Below, in pieces: positions 11,001 to 21,400 of a stretch of 64,000 nt of DNA. Each line of letters starts with the position of its first letter. The first letter of the stretch is position 1. The translations under genes were made by a program, and so were the position numbers. Under the pieces are notes generated by a model. The model saw nothing but the letters and a program-made list of their open reading frames with translations, was not told where the DNA came from and ran no database searches. The DNA is from Gemmatimonadota bacterium. Lineage in GTDB: Bacteria; Gemmatimonadota; Gemmatimonadetes; Longimicrobiales; Gaopeijiaceae. Where the stretch lies: the NCBI GenBank assembly GCA_022561145.1, contig JADFRS010000002.1:258-64257 (forward strand), in the 5' to 3' direction.

Positions 11001-11748
11001 TCAGCCCAACGCTCAGGAGCCCGGCGTGCCGCACGGAGTTGTAGAATGCCTCGGGAGTCTGTCCGCTGAGTGTGCGGCCGCTCGCATCCGTGATCGTGCC
11101 TGAGACCATGATCGGCACGGGATGCCCGGTCTCTGCCCGAAGGCCAGTGAGGGCGAACAGTGCGGCCTTGGCGTTGAGCGAGTCGAAGACCGTCTCGACG
11201 AGGAGTACGTCCGTTCCTCCGTCGAGGAGTCCTTGGGCCTGAACGCGGTACGCCGCCGCGAGGGCTTCGAACGTGATGTTCCTGAACGCTGGGTCGGCCA
11301 CCTCGGGCGAGATCGAGCACGTGCGATTCGTCGGGCCGATGGACCCGCATACCCACCTTGGCTTCCTGGGGTCGGCTGCGGTGAACTCGTCGGCTGCCGC
11401 ACGCGCGATCTCGGCCGCCACGCGGTTTATTTCGTAGGCGTCGTCGCTCAACCCATAGTCCTCGAGCGAGATCGCTTGAGCGTTGAACGTGTTGGTCTCG
11501 ATCAGGTCGGCGCCGGCCTCCAGATACCCTCGATGCACCTCCTCGATGATGTCCGGGCGGGTGAGGCAGAGCACGTCGCTGGCGCCCATCAGCGGGAGCT
11601 CGTGGTCGGCATACCGTTGACCGCGGAAGTCCGACTCGGACAGGTCGTACGCCTGTAGCATGGTCCCGGTCGCGCCGTCGAGCACCAGGATCCGCTCGCG
11701 CAGCGCTGCCGCTAGCGCTTCCAGACGAATACGCACTGAGTCGGACAT
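8041..11748 (-). CDS. metH: Cobalamin-dependent methionine synthase
   Basis: ORF 8041..11844. The ATG at 11748 ([31 protein letters not shown]) fits the MetH N-terminus. All modules are visible: Hcy-binding ([17 protein letters not shown]), pterin-binding, the B12-binding DxHxxG motif ([11 protein letters not shown]), and the AdoMet activation domain ([12 protein letters not shown]). Confidence 0.95.
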   Translation of the reverse strand: MSDSVRIRLEALAAALRERILVLDGATGTMLQAYDLSESDFRGQRYADHELPLMGASDVLCLTRPDIIEEVHRGYLEAGADLIETNTFNAQAISLEDYGLSDDAYEINRVAAEIARAAADEFTAADPRKPRWVCGSIGPTNRTCSISPEVADPAFRNITFEALAAAYRVQAQGLLDGGTDVLLVETVFDSLNAKAALFALTGLRAETGHPVPIMVSGTITDASGRTLSGQTPEAFYNSVRHAGLLSVGLNCALGAEQLRPHVEELARVAELPVSCHPNAGLPNAFGEYEETAEVTSGIIREFAESGFVNIVGGCCGTTPEHVEAIADAVAGLAPRDVPKVPPRLRLSGLEPLELGPDSLFANIGERTNVTGSKRFRRLITDDLYEEALGVARDQVTGGAQMLDVNMDEGLLDSADAMTRFLNLIASEPDISRIPIVIDSSDWNVIEAGLRCVQGKCIVNSISLKDGEETFRHRAELVRRYGAAAIVMAFDEEGQADTVDRKVAICKRAYRILTEEVGFDPTDIIFDPNIFAVATGIEEHRGYAIAFIEATRRIKAELPHTRVSGGLSNISFSFRGSPIVREAMHAAFLYHAIQAGLDMAIINAGALPVYDDIEPGLLEAVEDVLFDRRPDATERLTARAEALAGTEERLEASLEWRDQPVEKRLEYALVEGVTDFIEEDVEEARAARDRALEVIEGPLMDGMNVVGDRFGAGRMFLPQVVKSARVMKRAVAYLTPFLEAEKSEGAGSAPKVLMATVKGDVHDIGKNIVGVVLQCNGFEVVDLGVMVPTERILETALAEEVDMIGLSGLITPSLAHMVHVASEMERNDFQIPLLIGGATTSRRHTAVKIAGNYSGPTVYVPDASRCVGVVRSLLDKAKYEEFIAGVQAEYERERAAHSARRDKSALITLREARDNSVPLDWDAYDPPRPALLGVKVFDDYPLGELVEYIDWTPFFHAWELKGSYPSILADEVTGEAARSLWADANEMLERIVSDGLLTARAVVGIFPAGRLGEDDIAVYGNGYGGDPAAVLRGLRQQFRKAEGKANVCLSDFVAPEGSGKEDHIGAFVVTAGHGLDTLVAGMEASGDDYSAILAKALADRLAEAMAERMHQRVRTEFWAYSSDEKLDKEGLKAERYRGIRPAPGYPACPDHSEKAILFELLDATKATGVALTESFAMTPAASVAGWYFSHPDAHYFGVGRIGRDQVADYADRGGVPVHEVERWLAPSLAYDPENDR

Positions 11749-11821
11749 GCCGCTTACTCCGGTTGCTTGCCTCGAGCGTGTAGGGTCGCACGACCGGGAG
11801 AGGCGACGGCGGAAAGCGCGT

Positions 11822-11861
11822 CCAAAGAAAAGGCCCCGTCGCAAGCATCGTGCGCCGAGGC
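11822..11861 (-). terminator. Terminator-like hairpin with a U-tract inside the metH 5' leader (candidate attenuator or riboswitch expression platform)
   Basis: The minus-strand RNA reads GCCUCGG-CGCA-CGAUGCU-UGCG-ACGGGGC followed by CUUUUCUUUGG. It lies about 75-110 nt upstream of the metH ATG. The U.G wobble in this orientation becomes a C.A mismatch in the plus-strand transcript, which favours the minus-strand reading. Confidence 0.35.
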
Positions 11862-12022
11862 TGGCTTTTTAGCGGTTCATCCGGAGCACAGTGTCCGAGG
11901 GGCCGCAATACGCCGTAAATCACCCCGTTCCGATTCTTCGAATCAAAGGTAGCATGCGCGCCAAGTGGGCGCCAACCCTATATGTTGGACGCCACGCCTT
12001 AACTCGACAGATCGGAAAGCAC

Positions 12023-12907
12023 ATGAGCGGTCGACCGCGCGCTGCGGCCGGGTTCTTCAAGGGGCATGGTCTCGGGAACGACTACATCGTGGTGGAGGAG
12101 GGAAACACCTGGCCACTGTCCGACGCGGCGATCCAAACCGTCTGCGACCGTTGGCGAGGGCCTGGAAGCGATGGGATCGTCGTCTTGCTCGGGGCCGATG
12201 GGCCGCCCTACCTCCTCCGAATGTTCAACCCCGACGGCTCTGAGTTCGAACGCAGCGGCAACGGCCTCCGCATTCTCGCGGCGTATCTCGCGTCCCGTGG
12301 CCGAGTCGGCAGGGATCCGTTCGAGGTAAGGGTGGGCGGCGAATCCCTCGAGCTCACCGTGAATTCCGTGGCATCCAATGGCCTGTACGACGTCACGGTG
12401 GATATGGGCCGGGCAGCTTTTTCGCCCGATGAAGTCGGTCTCATTGAAGCAGAGCTGGAGGAGCCCGGGCGCATCCTTGGACCCGAGGGTTCGCTCGAGT
12501 TCATCGGAGTCTCGATTGGAAATCCCCATTGCGTGGTATTCCGGGACAGCCTGAGTGACGATGACCTGGCCCGCATTGGGCCTCATCTCACGAGGCATCC
12601 TGCGTTCCGGGGCGGTACCAACGTCCAACTCGCTCACATCGTTGGCACGAACGCTGTGGAAGCCTTGATCTGGGAGCGTGGAGTGGGCCCTACGGCGTCC
12701 TCGGGAACGAGCGCCTGCGCCGTAGCCTCGGCGGCGGTGTGGTCGAAGTCGATCGCTCCCGGTCTGGTCGAGGTACGAATGTTGGGCGGGACGCTCCAGG
12801 TCGATGTTGGCGAGGACATGGACTTGACGCTGCGTGGCCCGGTCCAGGAGGTCTACACGGGGGAGCTGACCGCCGGCTTTGTAGAGGAACTAAACGGTTT
12901 CGCATAG
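12023..12907 (+). CDS. Diaminopimelate epimerase (DapF)-family protein, with both catalytic Cys positions occupied by Ser
   Basis: ORF 11891..12907. The ATG at 12023 gives MSGRPRAAAGFFKGHGLGNDYIVV (DapF N-terminal HGLGNDF block). Further DapF blocks are FNPDGSEFERSGNGLR, GNPHCVVF and ERGVGPTASSGTSACA. See the findings for the Cys-to-Ser observation. Confidence 0.8.
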   Translation: MSGRPRAAAGFFKGHGLGNDYIVVEEGNTWPLSDAAIQTVCDRWRGPGSDGIVVLLGADGPPYLLRMFNPDGSEFERSGNGLRILAAYLASRGRVGRDPFEVRVGGESLELTVNSVASNGLYDVTVDMGRAAFSPDEVGLIEAELEEPGRILGPEGSLEFIGVSIGNPHCVVFRDSLSDDDLARIGPHLTRHPAFRGGTNVQLAHIVGTNAVEALIWERGVGPTASSGTSACAVASAAVWSKSIAPGLVEVRMLGGTLQVDVGEDMDLTLRGPVQEVYTGELTAGFVEELNGFA

Positions 12908-12922
12908 CTTGGACACTAGGTA

Positions 12923-13996
12923 CTAGGTACGCACCCTTTTCAGGAGCACGAGCGCCGCCAGCAGGAAGACGGCGTTCGGTGACCACGCAGCCATCATTGG
13001 CGCCATCACGCCGCTCTCTCCGGCCGCCTTGGTCAGTTTGAAGAGGAGCAAGTACAGCAGGGTCGTTGCGAGCGCGAGTCCGATGCCGTAGGCGGTGCCA
13101 CCCCTTTGTGTGCTCGTCGCCAGCGGCGCGCCGAACAGGATGATGATCAAGGTGGCGATCGCGAGCGCGGTACGCTGGTTTTTTTCCACGTAGAGTTCGC
13201 TGGCGTCGCCCCCGGAGCGTTCGATGTTAGCCGCCAGCCGGTCGATGTCGGCTCGGGTCATTTCTTCTTCATTGCGGAAGTCGGTCAGCAAGTCGCGCGG
13301 AGGCGGCGAAAAGTGGGCGGTGCGCATCTTCGAGAACTTGTACGTGGGAAAGTCGATTTCCGAGCTGAGCACCCTGACGAAACCGTCCTCGAACGTCCAA
13401 CCCACGTTGCTTCTCCAGACGGCGCGTTTGGCGCTCATATGCTCGGCGGGTTCGCCATTCGGGCCCGGCGGAATCTCCATGATCACGCCGCCTATTTCGC
13501 CTGACGGCGCGTTGAGCCTCCGGATACTCACGCTCACGCCTTCATCGGTCTTGAACACGAAGTTATGGCGCCACTGAAGTCCTGGATCTTCGCTTTGCAG
13601 CAGTCTGGCCGCGCGCCGGTTGCTCAAGGGTACCACCTCGGCAAGCAATAAACCGGCCCCGGCCAACCCGGCTCCAGCGACCAGGATCGGAAGAATGAGC
13701 CGGTGGAACGAAATGCCGCCGGCCTTCGCCGCCATGACTTCGCGGTGCACCGTCATCCCGTGCACCGTGAACACTGCGGCGATGAGCGCCGCGATGGGAA
13801 ATGCCCAGCTGACGAACATGGGAAACTTGTACATGTAGGCGAGAGCGACGTCGCCAAAGGTGAGGCCCCTCGCGAAATAGTGGTCGATCTCTTGGACGAT
13901 GTCGCCCACCACGAACAGCACGGGAGCCCCTAGCACGAAGCCCAAAAAAAGCTTGAGGAACGTGCGGAACAGGAGCCGGTCCAGGATGCGGATCAC
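12923..13996 (-). CDS. lptG: LPS export ABC transporter permease LptG (YjgP/YjgQ family)
   Basis: ORF 12923..14152. The GTG at 13996 (VIRILDRLLFRTFLKLFLGFVLGAPVLF) overlaps the lptF stop (GTGA). It has the YjgP/YjgQ architecture: 3 TM helices, a periplasmic beta-jellyroll-like insert, then 3 more TM helices. It is the second of two tandem paralogues. Confidence 0.8.
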   Translation of the reverse strand: MIRILDRLLFRTFLKLFLGFVLGAPVLFVVGDIVQEIDHYFARGLTFGDVALAYMYKFPMFVSWAFPIAALIAAVFTVHGMTVHREVMAAKAGGISFHRLILPILVAGAGLAGAGLLLAEVVPLSNRRAARLLQSEDPGLQWRHNFVFKTDEGVSVSIRRLNAPSGEIGGVIMEIPPGPNGEPAEHMSAKRAVWRSNVGWTFEDGFVRVLSSEIDFPTYKFSKMRTAHFSPPPRDLLTDFRNEEEMTRADIDRLAANIERSGGDASELYVEKNQRTALAIATLIIILFGAPLATSTQRGGTAYGIGLALATTLLYLLLFKLTKAAGESGVMAPMMAAWSPNAVFLLAALVLLKRVRT

Positions 13997-15426
13997 GCCG
14001 CCGCCCTTCTCCTGGCCATCAGGCCCTTGGCCGCCCGGGTGATGGGAGCCACGACGTCTTCCCAGCCACTTCCGCGACTGGTGGCAGCCTGCCGGCCCAT
14101 GCGCATTGCCAACCCGACCCCGAGGACGGCGAAGACAATGTCGGGAGCCCACATGGCGATGAACGGAGGGACCACGTTATCGTCGGCCAGATGTTCGCCC
14201 CCGATCAATCCGGCCCAGTAGATCGTGAAGATCACGATCGAGACCGCGATCACCATGCCCGCACCGCCGCGCGGAAAACGCATGGCCAGTGGTGCGCCGA
14301 GCAGCACGAAAACGATGCAGGCCACCGCGATCGCCCACTTCTTGTGCACTTCCACGGAGAGCACATCGATACGCCGCTCGTGAGCCCGGATCTGGTTGAG
14401 GTTTCGCCGTGCGTTCTGGGCAGCGCTGCGCGTCAGGTCATCCGTGTCGGTCGTGAAGCCCGCTGAGCGCAGCGTCGGTGTGCGGGGGGTACCCGCCTCG
14501 GTGTCGGCCGCGGCGTCACCGGGGGGCGGAAGGGCGAGCGCCGACTCGATCACGGCGATCGACTGCCTATGGTTGGATGACTCTAGCCGCTCGATGTCCG
14601 AAGCGTGTTCATCGCTCTCATCCCGGAGTTGACGAATGGTCATCTCACGATCGCCCCGGACGAGGCCTCCGGCTTGCCGCCGCATCACGTTACCGACACC
14701 CCGCAGAGGCTGGATCTCTTTGTCGAACCGAGATTTACTGAAACCACCCTCGCGGTTTCCCGTGATCTCGTAGACGACTCCGTCGTACAGGGTCAGGTAC
14801 AGATCCGTACGATCCCTGTTGAACATCATGGTGGCGCGCTTGGCGTATGTCGTACGGTTGGAAAGAGGATCCGTGAGATCGTAGATGACGACGTCCGTGA
14901 GTTCGTTCGTCGCCCGGTCGATCTCGCGAAACTCGAGGTACACCTGCCCGGTCGGAGCCGCCGTCTCGAGCCGGTTCACGACGTGCTCCCGCAGCTCCAA
15001 CGTCGGGCTCTTGGTCGCAACGTCGCTCAATAAGTTCCTGAGGCGATGGTTTGCATGGGGCAGCAGTTGATCGTTGAAATAGAGCATGACGCCCGCGAGG
15101 ATGGCGCCCACCACCAGCATCGGTGCCATCACCCTCAACGGCCGTATGCCCCCGGCGGCCATGGCGGTGATCTCATTGGAGGCGGTAAGCTCACTGAAGG
15201 TGTAGAGGGTGGCCACCAGAACGGCCATCGGAAGGGTGAGGGCGATCGTGTGAGGAAGCGAAAGGAGCATGAACTCACCAATCACTGTCCATGGGAGCCC
15301 TTTGCCCACCAGATTACTCATCCGCTGGATTACGGCGTTGAGAAACAAGAGACCCGTGACGGCGGCGAGCGCGAAGAAGAACGGCCCCGCGTGGGCACGG
15401 ATCAGATATCGAGTGAGAATCCTCAT
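13993..15426 (-). CDS. lptF: LPS export ABC transporter permease LptF (YjgP/YjgQ family), with an enlarged periplasmic insert
   Basis: 477 aa. MRILTRYLIRAHAGPFFFALAAVTGLLFLNAV is the typical family N-terminus. The central soluble region is long, and hydrophobic helices follow at the C-terminus. Confidence 0.8.
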   Translation of the reverse strand: MRILTRYLIRAHAGPFFFALAAVTGLLFLNAVIQRMSNLVGKGLPWTVIGEFMLLSLPHTIALTLPMAVLVATLYTFSELTASNEITAMAAGGIRPLRVMAPMLVVGAILAGVMLYFNDQLLPHANHRLRNLLSDVATKSPTLELREHVVNRLETAAPTGQVYLEFREIDRATNELTDVVIYDLTDPLSNRTTYAKRATMMFNRDRTDLYLTLYDGVVYEITGNREGGFSKSRFDKEIQPLRGVGNVMRRQAGGLVRGDREMTIRQLRDESDEHASDIERLESSNHRQSIAVIESALALPPPGDAAADTEAGTPRTPTLRSAGFTTDTDDLTRSAAQNARRNLNQIRAHERRIDVLSVEVHKKWAIAVACIVFVLLGAPLAMRFPRGGAGMVIAVSIVIFTIYWAGLIGGEHLADDNVVPPFIAMWAPDIVFAVLGVGLAMRMGRQAATSRGSGWEDVVAPITRAAKGLMARRRAAA

Positions 15427-15474
15427 CTACATACCGAATCCTTGGGACAGGGAAGGCCGGGCTTCTTGGAGCCC

Positions 15475-18400
15475 ATGCCTCCTCGCATGCCAAACACCGT
15501 CCCTACACTGCAACACACGCTCCGGTCCCCGCCATTGAGTTCGTCGATCGCCGGGCGGAGCGTTGCTGTCATGGCCGTTCTGATGGCTGTATCGGTAGGG
15601 CGGCTCGGTGCGGCAGAGACCGTTCCAGCCCCGGTCGCCGACACGGTTCGCTTTCGGGTACCGCCCCTCCCGCTGCCGGCCTTCCTCGATCGCCTGGCCG
15701 GACCTGGGCTCCAGGCAACCGGTTCGGGCCCCCTCTCGCCGCTCGTCCCTAGCCGTCCCCTCAGCTTCATGCTCCAAACTCCGGCGGCGTGGCTGCTTGC
15801 GCCTGGCGCGACCTATCTCAGGCACCGATTGGCGGCTCATCGCCTGCGCCTGATCAGCCTCCTAGCTCTTCCGCCGCCGAGCCCCGAGACCCCAGTGGGC
15901 GCCTTGGTCCCGGGAGAAGGGTTGGCCGGTCCCACCAGGCTCGTGAGCGAGATCTCGAATCTCGACCTCCAGATCACGGGGAGGGCCGAACTCGGAGGCG
16001 ACTGGACGCGTTTCCGACCCTGTGACACTCGGGTCCAGTTCACGTGCGATCCGGGAATCATCCCGCGGATCAACCCCGACATTCTGTTCGGGGTTCGCTT
16101 GCAGGGCACCATCGCTGAACGGCTGACGCTGGATGTCGACTTCGATCAGGCCCGCGAGTTCTCGGCCGCGAACAGGATCCACATCGTCTATGAGGGTGGG
16201 GAGGATGAGGTGCTCCGCCGCATGGAGATTGGTGACGTCACATTCGACTTGCCCTCGTCGCGCTTCCTGTCCGGTGGGATTCCGGCTGGGAATTTCGGAC
16301 TTCAGGCAACGGGACAACTGGGACCTATCGACTTTCAAGGTGTGTGGGCGCAGCAGCGGGGAGATTTGTCCAGCCGTGAGTTTCGCCTCAGTGGAGCGCC
16401 TGGCCAGGAGGGGTTCGTTCAGGTCGACACGCTCGTGCTCGACGACGCCGACTACGTCCGAGGCCAGTTCTTCTTCGTTGTGGACCCCGCACTCCTCGAC
16501 GACAACCCTCACATCGACATTCTCGGACTAGATCCATCGGCTGCCCCGTCCGGGGTGGCGCCGGGTGTAGATCCCATTCAGGTCTACCGGTTCGAGGACG
16601 ACCCGGTCACACGGCAGCAGGTCGAAGGACTCATCCAGGCTGACGCGTTCGCGGGTTCGGTTGGTGACCGGGTCCAGGAGTCCGGATGGTTCCGCTACTT
16701 GCGGCCGGGCGAGGATTACTCCGTTCACTCAAGCGGACTCTGGCTGGCGCTCAGACGGCCACTGCGGCGAGACGAGATGTTGGCTATCACGTACATCACC
16801 GCCCTCGGCGACACCGTTGGGACCTACAATCCGGAACGGGTCTACAATGCCGGTGGCCGCCCCACCCTCCAGCTTCTCAAAGCTTCGAACGCGAACCACC
16901 GACCGGGCCGCCCGACGTGGGATCAGGAGATGCACCAGGTCTACCGCGTGTCATCCTCTCCAGATGTAGACCCCGCCTCCGTGGAGTTGACCATCTCGCT
17001 CGGCGAGTTATCCGCCGGTCAGACGTTTAAACGGGACCTTGCAGGCGAGGACATCACGCTGCTGAGGCTGTTCGGTCTCGATGAAGAATCGCCTGTGGAT
17101 GTGGTTGACCAGGCCGGCATCTACAAGCCGGCCCAGGAGTTTTTCCAGGACCAGCCTCCGGTCCCGGGCGTGTTCATCGTTTTCCCAACCCTAAGGCCCT
17201 TTCAGACGCCACCGCCCCTCGAGTCGCTCGGACTCGACGCAGCCGAGACAGCCGCCATTCTCGGGTCGGACGTCAACGCAACGATCTACGACGCCGGTGA
17301 CCCGTTTGACCGTGACAATGGGGGTCTCTACAGGCTCACGATACCGTTCGAGCTGCGGAGCCGCGGGGTCATCTCGAGCTTTTCGTTGGGAGCGCTGGGC
17401 ATCCGGGACGGGAGTGAGAGGGTTTTTCTCGGTGATCGGCTGCTGGTCAGGGGCCAGGACTACCAGATCGACTACGACATCGGCCAGGTCACGCTGATTC
17501 GCCCGGAGGCCCTGTTCGCGGCGATCAGCGATCCGGTCGTGAGGGCGTCCTGGGAGCAGAAATCCCTCTTCCAGATTGCGCCGACCACCGTTTTCGGACT
17601 CAGCGCCCGGTACGATGCGGGGCCGACGGGCTCGATCGACCTCTTGGCCCTTCATCAGAGCGAGCAGTCGCTGGTCAAACGACCGCAGTTGGGCGTAGAG
17701 CCCGCCTCCATCACATTGGGCGGCCTCAACGGAAGCTTCGTATTCGGAGCGGAGCGGCTCGACCGACTGCTGGAGAACATTCCCGGGCTACGCCTGGGGG
17801 GGCCGTCGTCCATTGGTGTCAGCGGCGAGCTTGCGGTCTCGCTTCCGAACCCCAACACCCGAACGGACGTCTTTTTGGACGATTTCGATTCCGCCAACGA
17901 ACTCCCGTTGTCCCTGTTTGCGTCCGACTGGGATCGAGGCAGCGCCCCCGGTTTCCGGAACGGAGCCGAGAGCGCGCTACCTTTGGCTGTCGATCAGAGC
18001 GATGTGGGTGCGATGACGTGGCAGCACACGTGGGTCCGGGAGGGATTCCAAAGCGATAGTGTGGGAATCTTCGAGGGATTCCTACCCCAGGTGGACATCG
18101 ACAAGCAGATCCGCTTCACCGGGAGTCAGGCTCGTGAGATCGGCTTGCTACTCGAGTTCATCCCTATCCCGGCGACGCGCGGCGGACGTTCCTGGCGCTC
18201 GATCACCACGGCGCTCAGTCCGACGGGCCTCGATCTGAGCAAGACAGAGTTTCTCGAGTTCTACCTGGCGGATGGAGACTCTCTCACGCTCATCGTCGAC
18301 CTCGGCATCGTCAGTGAAGATGCCATGTTCCTCAACCGCTCGGATGAGGCCAACGGGGTCAAGGAGACGGGTGTGCCCTGGGGCCTGGGACTGCTCGATC

Positions 18401-21400
18401 AGGAGGCCGATCCACGCCGAGGAGAGATCTGGAGCGACGTATTGGATGAAGTAGGCGTCTGGGGCGAGACCTGCATTGCGGAACGCGCAGCCGTCTACCG
18501 CATCGGGGACGAGCGGGCGAATTGCACGCGCGGGAACGGCCGCCGCGACACGGAAGACCTCGACGGCGATGGCAACCTGGACATCCTCGAGCGCTATTTG
18601 CGCATGGTGGTCCGGTTGGACGGCACGTCACCGTTCCTCGCGCGCGACCGCTCCGAAACGGGCACCGCGTTTCGGCTCTACCGGATTCCGCTACGAGGTG
18701 CGGACCTGTTCCAAGTGCCTGGTCCGTTTGCGGAGGCGGACTTCCGCGCCGTACGGCACCTACGGGTTACCGTTACCGGATCTCAGCGTCAACGTCTAAC
18801 CCTCGCCCGCATGAGGCTGGTAGGCTCGCGGTGGGTCAAGCGTGCACAGGCCGGCGTGCTGCGTGGGATCGTCGGAGACACGGCCAGCGGCTTCGGTCGA
18901 GCGGAGGTCGGCCCGGTTAGCCGCCTTACCGACGGAGCCGCATATCAGCCTCCACCCGGTGTGCTGGAAGAACTCGACGACCCGACGGCCACCTTCGGTG
19001 GGCAGGGCTTCGAGTTCAACGAGAAAGGGCTCAAGCTCGAGTACGAGGACGTGGCCGGCGGAGACCGAGCAGAGGTGTTCAATCGGTTCCCGCAGCGGCC
19101 GCGGGACTTCCTCACATACAGGCAGCTCCGCGTCTGGGCTGTGGCCCGCCGTGGGGACTGGGGAGGCGACAGGCCGATGTCTTTTTTCGTCAAGGTCGGC
19201 GAGGACGCAGAGAACTTCTACCTGTTCAAAACGGCCATGGAGCCCGTCCTGAACCCCGATGCGATCACCCCAGAAGAATGGTTGCCTGAAATCCTGGTCG
19301 ACTTCGAGGAGTGGATCGACCTGCGACGGCGGGCAGAGCAGGAGTTGATCCTGCGCCCCCGGAGTCCGACTGCCCCGCCCCTTGAACTTTGGTCTGCGGA
19401 CTCGACGTACGCCATCGTGCTGAAGGATCGAGCCCGAGCGCCCAACTTGGCCGCTGTCCGCGAGCTGTCATTGGGCGTCTGGAATCAGAGTGGACTTCCC
19501 ACCACGGGTGAGGTGTGGATCAACGAGATCCGGCTGTCGGAGGCTCTTCGGGACATCGGTCTCGCCGGCCGAGTCGCCGTGGATTTGCAGGCGTCTGACG
19601 TGCTCGACGCCCGCATTACCTTCACTCGCAGAGGGGCGTTGTTCAGGCAGCTCAAGGGCGGGCCCACCTTCCAGAACGAGAACTCGTTCAGCCTGAACTC
19701 CACGCTTCGGCTCGAGCGTCTCATGCCTGCCGAGTGGGGTGTCGAGATCCCGGTGACGTTGAGCTATGTGGGGAGTGGCCAGACTCCGACTTTCCTATAC
19801 AGGAGCGACGTTCGGGTGGACAGGTTGGCCAGGCTACGGCGACCCCAAGTGAACAGGACTCGTGTGGACGTTGCTTTCCGCAAGAGCACTCCCACGGCGA
19901 ACCGCATCATAGGACTGCTCTTGGACGGGCTGGAGGCCCACGCGGGTTATTTCACAGCCAGCACGCAAAGCGTCACGGCTGAAAGTGAGGCGGAGGGGAC
20001 CGACGCCCGCCTCGACTGGGGTCGCCATGTCGGCCGGCGCGACCTGGCAGTGGTTCCCGGCTTCCTCCAACCGGTGTTCCGGGCCATTCTCCCGGGCTTC
20101 TTGGAAGAGCGGCTCACGAACAGCCGAATCCGATGGACCCCCGAGCGTTTTTCGATGGCCAGTTCATACGCGCGGTCGGACAGCCGGGCGTTTCGTTTCG
20201 ATCAGATCGTATCGTTATTCGGAGACACGCTGCTCTTGGCCACGCTGTCTCCCCGGGAGTCGTTGGAGACGGCGGCCGAGATCGAATTCCGTCCGTTCCG
20301 GTCCCTGTCCGCGCAGGCCAGCATTATTTCCACGCGTGATCTCATCGACCCCGAGAGCGCCGTGGCCGATACGGAGGTACAGGCGCTGCTGGAGCTAGAG
20401 CGCGCCACGCTGGCAGGAGTGGATCTCGGTTGGGAAACGAATCGCCGGCTACGCACCAACGTCAGGTACTCACCGATTCAGCAGCCCTGGCTCCGCGCCG
20501 ACTTCAACATCCAGACGTTCTACGCTTCCGACCGCAACGCGAACTTTGTCGATCGGAGGGCTGAAGGGGCCGATACGGTCGTCGCGTTGGAGCGGAACGT
20601 GAATGGCCGAAGGGACGTGACCGGCCGCGTTCTGTTCACACCTGGCGCCATCTTCTCTGCACTGGCTCCGACGGCCGACGGCGAGGTGGCTCGGCGTTCG
20701 CCCCTTCGCCGTTTCCTGAGCGCGTTCGATCCGATCAACCTCACCTGGGCCGACGGCGTTACGTCACGTTTCAACCGTGACGCCATCGATCCTGGCCTCG
20801 GTTTCCAGCTCGGCGTCGGTGGTATCGACGGCTTCCGCATAGTCGGGGGTGACACGGCCACCACCTTTACGGACCGCACCACCTGGTCTGCCCGGGGCGG
20901 GGCGGGCCTGCCGCTGGGGCTGCGCTTGGGGGTGAGGTACCAGCGCACGAACGCAAACACGCTCGACACGCGCAGCGACCGGGCCGAGGTCTTGGAGCAG
21001 TGGCCCGACCTCACGGCTCGGATCACCCAACTGAGGATGCCGGATGGGTTCCAGCGCGTGTTACGCCAGATCTCGCTCAGTTCGGGTTTTCGTCGGATTC
21101 GCCGCGAGGTCACCTTCGGTGGCGCGGGGCAGCAAAGGCGGTTTCAAGAGGACCGACAGATTCCTCTCACGGTGGGGCTCACGTGGGGCGGTTCGCTCGC
21201 GACCACGTACCGCGGAACGTTCCGAAGCGGTGAGGGCAGCGATCCGACCGGCGACACCGAGCGATCACGCGTCGAGCATCGGGTGGCGGTGACGTCTTCG
21301 TTCGTGCCTCCTGGAGGGTTGGCGCCATATCTGGACCGTCCAATTACGGCCTCATTGCTCTACCGGTACACGTTGGAGACGAATTGTAGATTGGCGGCCG

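Noticed and set aside
9295-11103. A 602-aa ORF on the plus strand inside metH, one of many long antisense ORFs in the track.
   Set aside because: It lies wholly antisense to a gene with unmistakable MetH motifs. Its translation is Arg/Gly/Pro/His-rich and low in complexity, as expected for the reverse frame of a high-GC gene. I recognised no motifs and no plausible RBS.
11880-11960. A loose resemblance of the metH upstream region (minus strand: GGGGUGAUUUACGG...GCGGCCCCUCGGACACUGUG) to the cobalamin-riboswitch core and B12 box.
   Set aside because: The match to the GGUGAAAxUCC and GCCACUG blocks is imperfect and has insertions. A B12-OFF switch in front of the B12-dependent synthase makes little regulatory sense. 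The region is kept only as an unclassified leader pending an Rfam scan.
15046-15474. The N-terminal 143 codons of the 2186-aa ORF, and analogous 5' extensions of ORFs 26686, 36363, 41326, 50351, 60556, 1933..3240 and 8041..11844.
   Set aside because: These extensions run antisense through, or overlap, the neighbouring well-supported gene. In each case they precede an internal start that yields a proper signal peptide or family N-terminus. I trimmed the coordinates accordingly. Exact starts remain predictions.
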